From contig CAYHBS010000001.1 in NCBI GenBank assembly GCA_964354975.1, positions 56,282 through 120,281 of the forward strand: a stretch of 64,000 nucleotides of DNA. The letters are read 5' to 3'. Position numbers and translations under genes: made by a program. The stretch is from an uncultured Candidatus Saccharibacteria bacterium (GTDB taxonomy: Bacteria > Patescibacteriota > Minisyncoccia > Ryanbacterales > HO2-45-13). Under the pieces are notes generated by a model that saw only the letters and a list, made by a program, of their open reading frames with translations, did no database searches and had not been told where the DNA came from. The stretch's first letter is position 1, and every line of letters begins with the position of its first letter. Positions 56,501 through 64,000 of this stretch are shown piece by piece.

Positions 56501-58551
56501 TAACCATCAGTGTCGTCGTCCCCGCTATTTGCACATTGCGCTGGAGCCGCTCCTGATGGCGGCACTGCAACTGCAATATGTACGGTACGATTATACGTTC
56601 CGAGGTGGTTCCAGTGCATGCTGGTATTCCCGATGCTGCCTGCTGCTTTAGTGCTCACACCAAATTGTAAATAGTATGTTCCACCGTTTGTTGTTCGATG
56701 TATTTCAGTTTGCGAGGGATCTGCGGTCGCTACATTGGTAATTTGCCCCGTCATAAACGCATCAACGACTAAACTGTTTGCAGTACTCACACTCACGGTC
56801 ACATCTTTGATTTCACAGGCAGTCGGCCAACAGGGTGTGCCTTCATCTGACGCACTTGGAGCATCGGCTGCTCCCGAAAGTAACACCGCAGAAGCCGACT
56901 TTCCAGGCACTGACCCATTCCAAGTAATCACCACATTGCTGGTTCCCGCGGGTGGATCAGTCACATACCACGTGGACACACAACTATTCCAGCCGGATTG
57001 TTTTGTTGTTGTGGCAACCGCCCGTTGTGGAGTGCTTGCCCCATATGTCACTGAATTGACCGCACACCCCACTGCGTTATTTCTTTCGGCATACGTAGAA
57101 ATAATAAGCAGTTGATCGACGGAAGCACTCGGTACGGTGAATGGGAACGTGGCGGAGCTTGAAGTAGTAGCGGTAAATGTATTTGCCGTACCATACGGAT
57201 TGTCGTAGCGGTAATCGGAGGAGACAACGGAGGGGGGAGATGAGGGTGGCGCATTATATTCATCAGTGTCGGTGGAAGAAGTACAGCCCGGGTCACCTCC
57301 AGAAAAATCAATGAAACCATCGGCTGGGCTATCGTCCTCTTGTCCGTTGTTACATTCGACGGCAGCCGATAGGTTCGCCGCATTCACCCATCCATCAGTG
57401 CCTGCATCAAAATTCACTCTCCAATACCATACTCCTCCGCCATAACTTGGGGCACCGGTAAATCCATACGTTGGTGTAGCAACATTGATTACTCCTTTTG
57501 CATCTTGGGACTGCGTGCCACTCGATGTCATATTGCTTGTCGGAGCAAGTGCCCCCGCAGCAATTGGGTAGAGATTCGTGCTAGCCACTCCCACAACTAT
57601 GCGCTGTCCATTTGTAAACGTTGTGGGTGGTGTATGTGATTCGTCGTTGTCGGATGACGCTCCGCACCCCGGATCTGCGGCATCAATAAGAGAGTCTCCA
57701 TCATCATCTCCGCCATTTTCACACGCAAATGCCGGAGGCACCACAACTGCAACGTGCGCGGTACGGTTGTAGGTATAATTCAGCGGATCATCACTCCAAC
57801 TCATGGTGATGTTCCCGGGAATAGTGCTGACTTCCGTGCTCACGCCAAACCGCAATGTACTATTGGTACCAAGATTTGTTTGATTATGAATTGGGGTCTG
57901 ATTCGCCCCCACCTCGGGTGTGGTATTGAGTATTCCTGTCACAAATGAACCGAGCACTAAACTGTTTGCCGTACTCACGCTCACGGTCACGTCCTTGATT
58001 TCACAGCCGCTCGGCCAACAGGGGGTGCCCTCATCTGACGCACTTGGAGCATCGGCTGCCCCAGAGAGAAGCACTGCGGATGCCGCACTTCCCAATATTC
58101 CGCTCGTCGTCCATGTAATAACCACATCATATGTTCCTGCGGCAGGAAAAGAGGCGCCGTCGAGATACCGTGTATCAACACACGTATTTAATGATGATGT
58201 GTTTTTCGTTGTCGTCGCGACGGCTGCGAATAGTGGCGTGCCGTTATATGTAATGCTCTGCACGGTACACCCCTCAACATTAATGCGCCTACCATATGCA
58301 GAGACAAGGAGGAGTTGGTCTGCAACTGGGCCTGTGACTGTGACTGGGAATGTTGCTGATGTAGTCGTTGTTGCACTAAACGTATTTGCCGTACCGTAGG
58401 GATTGTCGTAACGGTAGTCGGAGGAGACAACGGAGGGGGGAGGGACGGCTTGCGCAGATGTCGATGGACTGTCGAATATCAATACTGCTCCTGCGATGAG
58501 CATGAGCAGTATGAGCGAAGCGGCGTAGTGATGCTTCTGAATTTTTGGCAT
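53581..58551 (-). CDS. Giant secreted surface protein (1656 aa): two tandem ~430-aa N-terminal modules, multiple Cys-bracketed Asp-rich repeats, and a four-unit GWISF repeat domain shared with 59459-62779
   Basis: Signal peptide. Duplicated VPPPSVVSSDYRYDNPYGTANTF...CENGGDDDGDSLIDAADPGCG modules. CNDGxDNDxD repeats. ITGWAWSETVGWISF / ISGYAWNENIGWISF / GGWDGWISL / YSGWAWGGDILGWISF repeats. Confidence 0.8.
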   Translation of the reverse strand: MPKIQKHHYAASLILLMLIAGAVLIFDSPSTSAQAVPPPSVVSSDYRYDNPYGTANTFSATTTTSATFPVTVTGPVADQLLLVSAYGRRINVEGCTVQSITYNGTPLFAAVATTTKNTSSLNTCVDTRYLDGASFPAAGTYDVVITWTTSGILGSAASAVLLSGAADAPSASDEGTPCWPSGCEIKDVTVSVSTANSLVLGSFVTGILNTTPEVGANQTPIHNQTNLGTNSTLRFGVSTEVSTIPGNITMSWSDDPLNYTYNRTAHVAVVVPPAFACENGGDDDGDSLIDAADPGCGASSDNDESHTPPTTFTNGQRIVVGVASTNLYPIAAGALAPTSNMTSSGTQSQDAKGVINVATPTYGFTGAPSYGGGVWYWRVNFDAGTDGWVNAANLSAAVECNNGQEDDSPADGFIDFSGGDPGCTSSTDTDEYNAPPSSPPSVVSSDYRYDNPYGTANTFTATTSSSATFPFTVPSASVDQLLIISTYAERNNAVGCAVNSVTYGASTPQRAVATTTKQSGWNSCVSTWYVTDPPAGTSNVVITWNGSVPGKSASAVLLSGAADAPSASDEGTPCWPTACEIKDVTVSVSTANSLVVDAFMTGQITNVATADPSQTEIHRTTNGGTYYLQFGVSTKAAGSIGNTSMHWNHLGTYNRTVHIAVAVPPSGAAPAQCANSGDDDTDGYIDAADPGCGGSSDNNESDEIPPTTFSNGQRIVVGVASASVYPISAGALSPTSGMTPSGSQVLNAGGAVTLSTPTYGFIGAPSYEGGAWYWRVNFDSGTDGWAADGNLILPAQCNDGQDNDTDTYIDLNDVGCSSTSDNDESDVESNPDASAACNDTVDNDGDGYKDRYDPGCAYADDDSELNRVSTTHTAGSRIMSDPDDPISNSTTVYKRGCFIHPGTGKGVCYHNGSVPNGCNDGIDNDGDSAIDFSSDTGCSSAADTTEVNTVAGLDACEDNIDNDGDGIIDYSADMGCTGPGDNHEHFLGVPKNVIGTALNSDPIYADNSNTGQYGKGAWFWEVDWDPAPGSPPAEYPGISYRGTDGYTCETCSRVAVQCEDKIDNDGDGQTDFGSDTGCVSLSDRSEDSALREITGWAWSETVGWISFADPNPSNDYGLNVDPTGLISGYAWNENIGWISFNKSQLGQCPAGLCEARVATSTGKVTGWARACLGTATASNEIPGTCATAADHPGGWDGWISLSKQANESIQYGVTISDCNYSGWAWGGDILGWISFSGATYSTLQYQVTGAEDGCASLVTFEIACDWKDDPENGEYVLDFLLATGETDSSTNGVRKADSDRRLNSRHGGAIILEATTTAATFPTPVPSGYYDIWLQIYDAHGGSGEGWYQKDESAYIELYNAASTTPGFSFEATPQGNRIGGSSPTTDIPDYVPNNIITTDRVNTNFFLPVDAVSARFSHKLFSELDQSGDVFPTDGTDPGNKPGAPPAAYACNDGVDNDVDTYKDYGEGSSNDPGCSSVTDNNEYNAFENTFWGMCVLLRKVGPAFELEVTSNETTFAVVKPVDESGTGNWKTNTIEVTATRLGGFTGDIKLKVDSVYVKCVDDEVTCSDAEFSTLQSSEYEARFSSGSTEGLIFDTDLNDTVTITILDASVLPGRYGVKLVGWDGACGADYVGCSKQNTIDIEFAIRPDKLYTPR

Positions 58552-58575
58552 TAGCGAGTGCTTATAATGGTGTTG

Positions 58576-59088
58576 TTATAAACTTTGCAACTCTCTCCAA
58601 TCGGCTGCGTTATTACACCCCGCAGAAAGTTCGCATAGATTGAATTTGTTCGAGGTAGTGTTAAAAAGAATAGTTCCTTGCACAGCAGAAATCGCATCTC
58701 GCTGGTACTCCTCCATTTTTGGCACAATTACACCCCCCTTAGCATTAGTTGTGATTGACAGCGCGCCATTACTTTCATCTATGTATACATCGGGTGTAGC
58801 CGCACCATTGTAGAATCCTATAGATCCTTCGACGGTCAAATCTCCAAACACATCAAGACAGAGACCTCCAAAGCCAGCGCATAGCCCAAGAGGCCCATTT
58901 TTCGACTGCAACACCGGACCCGTATTCAGTGGAGCATATATTTTTACAGTATTGTCATATCCAGGCGGCTCATCGTCCGGATAGATGAATGCCGACACTG
59001 AAAAAGCTGCGGCCACCACTGCACCGCAAACAAGTGCGACCGTAATATAAAATAATTCTCGTGTAGGTTTCATATAATTACAAACCAA
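58576..59088 (-). CDS. Secreted/membrane-anchored hypothetical protein (170 aa)
   Basis: N-terminal hydrophobic anchor; overlaps the upstream gene by 11 nt (operon member). Confidence 0.55.
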   Translation of the reverse strand: MVCNYMKPTRELFYITVALVCGAVVAAAFSVSAFIYPDDEPPGYDNTVKIYAPLNTGPVLQSKNGPLGLCAGFGGLCLDVFGDLTVEGSIGFYNGAATPDVYIDESNGALSITTNAKGGVIVPKMEEYQRDAISAVQGTILFNTTSNKFNLCELSAGCNNAADWRELQSL

Positions 59089-59455
59089 ATCTTTTTAACT
59101 GCTCCTGTTCTCTCTGAAAAGTGTCTTCTGTTGGTAGCTCGTAACTTTCATTTTCAAATCGTTTTTTTTGGTCAATTAATCGTTGCTCTGCTTCTTCTTG
59201 TGGCAACATGTACGACCCTTCACGCAACCGCTGTTCCTGCTCAAGTCTTGCTTTCAAAAGCTCCTCACGGCTTGGCTCTGCATCACGAGTTACTACATAA
59301 AACATACCAATCACGAGGGCGATGAGTGCAACAAGTGCAATTGCCGTGACCACCGCGCCCTCACGCGTGAGCACATATGCTTTGATTTTTTGAAGAACTT
59401 CGTATCTTCGCTCGGCACTATGCCATTTCGGAAGTTGCGGGGTGTCCATATACAC
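59078..59455 (-). CDS. Single-pass membrane protein with charged coiled-coil tail, hypothetical (125 aa)
   Basis: TM AVVTAIALVALIALVIGMFYVV then E/R/Q-rich segment; 3 nt downstream of the 1106-aa gene. Confidence 0.55.
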   Translation of the reverse strand: MYMDTPQLPKWHSAERRYEVLQKIKAYVLTREGAVVTAIALVALIALVIGMFYVVTRDAEPSREELLKARLEQEQRLREGSYMLPQEEAEQRLIDQKKRFENESYELPTEDTFQREQEQLKRFGL

Positions 59456-59458
59456 CTG

Positions 59459-62400
59459 TTACTGTTCCCCGAGACTTTCACGTTCGTCTATGAGATAGGC
59501 AGGAATTAAGAGTATTTTATCTGCACAGGATCCTACAGTATCTTCAGCGCGAAGGCGCATAGTGAATTCACCAACTGGTTGGGTGCGAGAGTTGTCCAAC
59601 GTGAGGGTTATACGGAATGATCCGGAGCCAAGTGGAGTTGTTGTCTGATTTGCAATACGCATTGGTGCAGTATCTGACCCAATGATCACATCAGTGTCGA
59701 AGGAGAGATTGAGATTATTTGGATCAAATCCATTGAGACTAAGCACCACGTCTACCGAAAACGTATTTTGTGAATTGTTATCTTGCAAAATGAATGCCGC
59801 GGTCGGAGTTGTTCCTCCGACGAAGTTGAAGTTGTCAAAACATTGAACGGTATTGAGCGTAAGTGTATGTGTGTCACTTGTTTCTTCGCTGCCCGCCGTA
59901 CAGTTGATGGTATAGGTGACACTTGGTCCAGAAGAAGGTGCGGTGACACCAATGGTGTCATTCCCTGGTACGTTTGGATCGAATGTTTGATTCACTCCAC
60001 CTCCGGTGAGCGTACAACTTGCTCCCGTTGTGGGGCCATCGTAATTCACATCGAGATCAAAATCCTCACCCTGATCAACACTTCCAGGTCCATCAAGGTC
60101 TACGTCCGTGTAGACATCAACGTCAATCGTGTCCGAAACGGATGCGCCGCCGGATGCGCTCGTACAGGTAATAGTGTAGGTGCGATCCACGGTAATGGCC
60201 GAGAAGGAGTGTGTCCGCACTGTATTTTTGCTCCATGTACTACCAGAGCTTGAATCGAGCACACACGTTGCGGTGATGTCTGTTGTTCCCGTTGTTACGT
60301 TTCGCACGGTCCAGCGAAGGTCTGCTCCGGTTCCAACAATAATGCGTACGGGTCCATCAGTATATATACCACTCGATCTCGGTCTTCCCTGTAATGAAAC
60401 GCTAATCGGATCTGGCGGAGTTGCACTAATGTTCACTACAAATTTATCTATGGCGGGATTCCCGCTTATAAGCGTATTTGCATTGTCACACGTCAGAGTG
60501 AAGGTGGTGTCTGTGGTGAGTGCACCGGTGACGTATGTTCCACTATTTCCCGGAGTGCCAAAATCGACTCCGTCCGATGAGAGTTGGCAGGACTCGGCAT
60601 CAACAGACCCCCATGTAAGATCCACCGTGCTACCAGATGGAACCGTAATTGGACCATTAACATAATTGTATGCGGTTGGAGGGTCAGTTGGCTTGGGGGT
60701 CTTCCTTCCGTCGAGCATTGCAAGCGGACCATTGACATCAACCGTAATCGTGAAGTTCCCGCATTTATGTGTATTCGTCGAAGCTATGCCGGCAGCAGAG
60801 TTACCAATTGACCTCACACACACTTGGCCAGTATATGTGCCATCAGGAACGATCGCACCAACCGTGAGATCAAGAGGTCTAGTGCAGCGAAGTGGGTTGC
60901 CTGATGGAAGACAGCTGACAGTAGAATCATAATCAGCATTAATGCCCGCGGAAGCGATTGGGCTCGTTGGAAATGTCACACTTACCATGCGTACCCGCTC
61001 CACCGCCGAAAGTGGAGAAAGCCATGTGATGACAACGTTAGATCTCACTGAAGTGCCCCCATATGACGTGACTGTTGCAGGAGTCGAAGGAACTACGGTG
61101 AAATTGACACCCGGAGCAGGAGGATTATCAATGGTGAGTATAAACGTATCATTTGCCGTTCTCCCCCCAGCTGCCTGGGTGTTGACGCGAAGCGTGTGCG
61201 TACCCACCGGAGCGGCAGACGTGATAGTGAGCACGCGAGCGATCTGACAAGTCGGAGATGGTCGACACAGCTGTCCGATCAATGCCGAAGCGGAAATACT
61301 TGAAGGTAGTGATGTGTTGTCTGCAAAAGTAACACTCGTGATACGCACGTCTTCGCTTGTGCCGGCGGTTCGAGTGATGAGAATCGGAATATTTTGAGTT
61401 ATAGAACCAGATGAAGGGCGAGTTACGGTGGTTTCCGCATTTGGCGCATCAACTGTGTAATTAAATGTGCTGCAGAAATTCACGCAGAGTTGAACGGTAG
61501 TATTGCGTATTGTTGACCCATTCACACCACGTACATTTACCGTGTATGGTCCGTCGGGCATACCTGATGGCACCGTGACATTCATTCGCAAGACGCACGA
61601 GCCCGTGCTTGGAATACAGGAGGTGGAGGGTGAAAATGCCGTGGTAATTGTGCTGACTGTCGCGCCCGATGAATTCGTTACTGTTGCTGAAAGATTCACA
61701 CTCGCCGCAGTACCTGCGGTGCGTGTGACAGTGATATCAGAATACTTGGTGGCGGGCGCAGTATATGGTATCGATATTGGATTTCGAGAGAGCGAGAAAT
61801 CAAATGTTGGCGCATCTTGCACCGTAAGCGTAGTAGTATCTGATTTCAGAATTCCTGTTGCGCTACGCGTGTTGGTCGTGAGCGTATACGTTCCTGCAGT
61901 CGCGCCCGATTCGATATCGATTAACCCGGTTGTAACGCATGGCGTACCAGAAATTGGCGTACATGAAGCGCCTGCCCATGATGGGTTTATTGCTGATGAA
62001 GCGGGAGAAACTGTGATGCTTGTGATAGTGACTACTTCATTTGTACTGCCCGAAGTCTTGGTGATGGTGACGGGAAGTGGTTCCGTAATGGATCCTGAAG
62101 CCGCCTTCACCACCGTAATCGCCGTTGGGGCAGCAATCGAATAGTTATATGGCGCAACACATGCGTCCCCGGTTCCGACTATTCCATAAGGGGATCCATT
62201 GGTTGCCGAATCCATAAAATTAATCCAGCCGAAGTCATCACTCCACGCGTACCCAGACCACTGACACGCGGACACGGAGACACCATATACAGCACCAGTG
62301 GTCGCAGTCCCACGAAGGCGCACCCATCCTCCATTTGGCAGTTCACTACCTAAGATGAAACGGGCCCATCCGGTAACTTGACCGGTAGATTTGTTTAACG

Positions 62401-62779
62401 CTGCCTGACAATTTGGTGCCGTCGGGCAAGTCGATGTATCAATAGAATTAAACGAAAGCCAGCCAATATTGTCCGTTTTTGTTATTGAATTTGTGGCCAT
62501 CCATGGAGATAACATCGCTCCTGCATTCGTATCTTCCGGGTTTGCCCATGCATACCCACTGATAACTCCCGTAGACGATACTTTCACTCCATAACCAGCG
62601 CCGCCCGTTGGTGGATCGGTATCATTAAAACTGATCCATCCGATAGTCTCTGACCAGGCAAAACCGGACAGATTATCAGTGGTTGCTGCAGAAGCCGGCT
62701 GAAACGCAAACATCGCAAGCGCAGCGAGCGCAAGCGTCCCGATGAAGAACCATTTATACTGTTTAACGGCAAGTATCAC
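59459..62779 (-). CDS. Large secreted surface protein (1106 aa): N-terminal GWISF four-repeat domain followed by a long Thr/Ser-rich array of Ig-like domains
   Basis: Signal peptide. LSGFAWSETIGWISF, ISGYAWANPED...NIGWLSF, GWVRLRG, WSGYAWSDDFGWINF repeats match the domain in the 1656-aa protein. Confidence 0.8.
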   Translation of the reverse strand: MILAVKQYKWFFIGTLALAALAMFAFQPASAATTDNLSGFAWSETIGWISFNDTDPPTGGAGYGVKVSSTGVISGYAWANPEDTNAGAMLSPWMATNSITKTDNIGWLSFNSIDTSTCPTAPNCQAALNKSTGQVTGWARFILGSELPNGGWVRLRGTATTGAVYGVSVSACQWSGYAWSDDFGWINFMDSATNGSPYGIVGTGDACVAPYNYSIAAPTAITVVKAASGSITEPLPVTITKTSGSTNEVVTITSITVSPASSAINPSWAGASCTPISGTPCVTTGLIDIESGATAGTYTLTTNTRSATGILKSDTTTLTVQDAPTFDFSLSRNPISIPYTAPATKYSDITVTRTAGTAASVNLSATVTNSSGATVSTITTAFSPSTSCIPSTGSCVLRMNVTVPSGMPDGPYTVNVRGVNGSTIRNTTVQLCVNFCSTFNYTVDAPNAETTVTRPSSGSITQNIPILITRTAGTSEDVRITSVTFADNTSLPSSISASALIGQLCRPSPTCQIARVLTITSAAPVGTHTLRVNTQAAGGRTANDTFILTIDNPPAPGVNFTVVPSTPATVTSYGGTSVRSNVVITWLSPLSAVERVRMVSVTFPTSPIASAGINADYDSTVSCLPSGNPLRCTRPLDLTVGAIVPDGTYTGQVCVRSIGNSAAGIASTNTHKCGNFTITVDVNGPLAMLDGRKTPKPTDPPTAYNYVNGPITVPSGSTVDLTWGSVDAESCQLSSDGVDFGTPGNSGTYVTGALTTDTTFTLTCDNANTLISGNPAIDKFVVNISATPPDPISVSLQGRPRSSGIYTDGPVRIIVGTGADLRWTVRNVTTGTTDITATCVLDSSSGSTWSKNTVRTHSFSAITVDRTYTITCTSASGGASVSDTIDVDVYTDVDLDGPGSVDQGEDFDLDVNYDGPTTGASCTLTGGGVNQTFDPNVPGNDTIGVTAPSSGPSVTYTINCTAGSEETSDTHTLTLNTVQCFDNFNFVGGTTPTAAFILQDNNSQNTFSVDVVLSLNGFDPNNLNLSFDTDVIIGSDTAPMRIANQTTTPLGSGSFRITLTLDNSRTQPVGEFTMRLRAEDTVGSCADKILLIPAYLIDERESLGEQ

Positions 62780-62799
62780 AAATATATGCGATTAGCCGA

Positions 62800-63627
62800 T
62801 TAGAGTGCCGACCACTTAGGCGCTCCTCCTACATTCTTACAAATATACGCAGTATCGTTCGACCCACCCACGAGAATAATTTTACCTCGCCATTGATTAC
62901 TGCAATTGCTCCCCGCCGCAGCACCGACTGCAAAGTCATTAATTTGCTGAGCGTCTGCTGTAGTGACTACTCCATCTCCATCAACATCAGCGCGGCGATA
63001 TTCGGACATACCAACTCCAACAGTTCCAGCTGCGATTTGTAGCGCACGCTGGCTGTCCAGTACAGTAATGGTTTTATCATTATTAACGTCTCCAACCATT
63101 CCAATAGCAAGCTCTGATCCGTAGACAAGCTGCTCTGCTTTCTCTTTTGGCTGACCAACGGCTCGCTGCATAATAATGAGCGCATCGGCAATATTTACTA
63201 CTCCATTACCATCAACGTCGTGAGCCGCATATTCAGCCTTAGAGACAAAATTATATTGGTTATCGAGATAACGAACGACACGTAGCGCATCTGTCGCGGT
63301 AGTTTTATCTGCTCCTTCAGTATAAATTGATCCGTCGATGTAAATTGATCCGTTAATATCAACCTGTGCTCGCAATACGTCCGTTCCGGTGTTAAATCCA
63401 GCCTTCCCCGCTGCTACGACAAACGAATTTTGATTTATCGTGGCTGTTCCTCCAACAATAAGACCTCCGGCCTTCATCTGCGCTATGTTGCTTTTATTAA
63501 TCGGCGCCTCTGGATTACATCCTGGAGGTGCACAGGCGGGCGGGGCCGCAAGCATTTCAGAAACTCCTGTAACAAACAACACCCCGAGCACAATGACCGC
63601 AATCTGTTTTATGAACGTAGACTTCAT
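62800..63627 (-). CDS. Secreted protein with three dockerin-like Ca-binding repeats (275 aa)
   Basis: Signal peptide; HDVDGNGVVNIADALIIMQRAVG, GDVNNDKTITVLDSQRALQIAAG, ADVDGDGVVTTADAQQINDFAVG fit the dockerin DxDxDGxVNxxDxxxxxR pattern. Confidence 0.7.
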   Translation of the reverse strand: MKSTFIKQIAVIVLGVLFVTGVSEMLAAPPACAPPGCNPEAPINKSNIAQMKAGGLIVGGTATINQNSFVVAAGKAGFNTGTDVLRAQVDINGSIYIDGSIYTEGADKTTATDALRVVRYLDNQYNFVSKAEYAAHDVDGNGVVNIADALIIMQRAVGQPKEKAEQLVYGSELAIGMVGDVNNDKTITVLDSQRALQIAAGTVGVGMSEYRRADVDGDGVVTTADAQQINDFAVGAAAGSNCSNQWRGKIILVGGSNDTAYICKNVGGAPKWSAL

Positions 63628-63649
63628 ATCTTTATATTAAATAATTAAA

Positions 63650-63895
63650 TTATTCACCGCTCTCTTCAGCAGGAGCAGTGTTCATTGAAAGTAATAATTC
63701 GTAATAATCGCCCAACGTATCCGAGGATTCCGTATTCATAGAAGCAAGTAACTCGTCATATTCCCCCTTTTCAGAAAGCTTGCCTCCTACTGAACGACCA
63801 TCTTGAGTGAGCCACCCGACCATACCCCACACCATTACCAAAAATATCACAATCATGCCCAAAAATTGCTTGGTCGTGAGCTTCTGGTTTTGCAT
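63650..63895 (-). CDS. Small membrane protein with acidic C-terminal tail (81 aa), first gene of the surface-protein operon
   Basis: TM GMIVIFLVMVWGMVGWL; 22 nt upstream of the dockerin-repeat gene. Confidence 0.5.
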   Translation of the reverse strand: MQNQKLTTKQFLGMIVIFLVMVWGMVGWLTQDGRSVGGKLSEKGEYDELLASMNTESSDTLGDYYELLLSMNTAPAEESGE

Positions 63896-64000
63896 ATATC
63901 TAGTGTACAGCCGAATGCGCCCACGCGCGCGAGTTGATGTGGATAAATAGCGCGCGTCGGCAATGTCTAATTCCTAATGACCAATCATAAAAGCACAAAA

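Noticed and set aside
63896-64000. Possible partial gene at the window end
   Set aside because: Too short to evaluate on either strand.

Overview
The window is 64 kb of a small-genome bacterium. Most core genes lie on the minus strand and are tightly packed. The gene content suggests a Patescibacteria/CPR-like lineage (inference): a short EF-Ts, N-terminally truncated RF1, a 594-aa AlaRS, a group I-type intron in a tRNA, very large surface proteins, frequent gene overlaps and few Shine-Dalgarno sequences.

Layout by region:
- 1-4.2 kb: the 3' part of the ribosomal alpha operon, rpsI(partial)-rplM-rplQ-rpoA-rpsD-rpsK-rpsM-rpmJ-infA. rpmJ and rpsI are absent from the ORF track and were found by hand.
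- 4.2-13.7 kb: an FtsA/PilM-like ATPase with a bitopic partner protein, alaS, mnmA, mltG, and an ECF sigma/anti-sigma pair.
- 13.8-16.9 kb: an accessory-looking island between rpmG and clpB. It holds tRNA-Trp, rpmG, a NUDIX hydrolase, a tRNA-Thr(GGU) interrupted by a 199-nt group I-like intron, a LAGLIDADG-like homing-endonuclease-like gene, and tRNA-Tyr with a duplicated 3' end.
- 16.9-24.8 kb: clpB, htrA, a compact Fe-S biogenesis cluster (arsR-nifS-nifU-fdx-nfu) and a LOG-like protein.
- 25.6-29.6 kb: a csoR-copA copper cluster with a perfect CsoR-type operator palindrome.
- 29.6-30.5 kb: tRNA-Thr(UGU) with a duplicated 5' end, next to a second paralog of the homing-endonuclease-like gene.
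- 30.6-42.6 kb: tsf, rpsB, rpmE, truncated prfA, an SLT-domain protein, rplY, and a block of sugar-phosphate metabolism genes (fba, pfkB kinase, split transketolase, rpe, rpiB).
- 42.7-51.2 kb: a 2844-aa secreted protein with two heparinase II/III-like lyase modules and a C-terminal peptidoglycan-binding domain.
- 51.5-53.5 kb: gap and trxB.
- 53.6-63.9 kb: a tightly packed six-gene minus-strand operon of cell-surface proteins, including 1656-aa and 1106-aa proteins that share a novel four-unit 'GWISF' repeat domain, plus a triple dockerin-repeat protein.

The two candidates for a previously undescribed system are the surface-protein operon and the giant lyase (53.6-63.9 kb and 42.7-51.2 kb), and the tRNA-associated LAGLIDADG-like paralogs with intron and duplication scars (14.9-16.3 kb and 29.7-30.5 kb).

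All protein identifications rest on motif recognition by eye, not on database searches.
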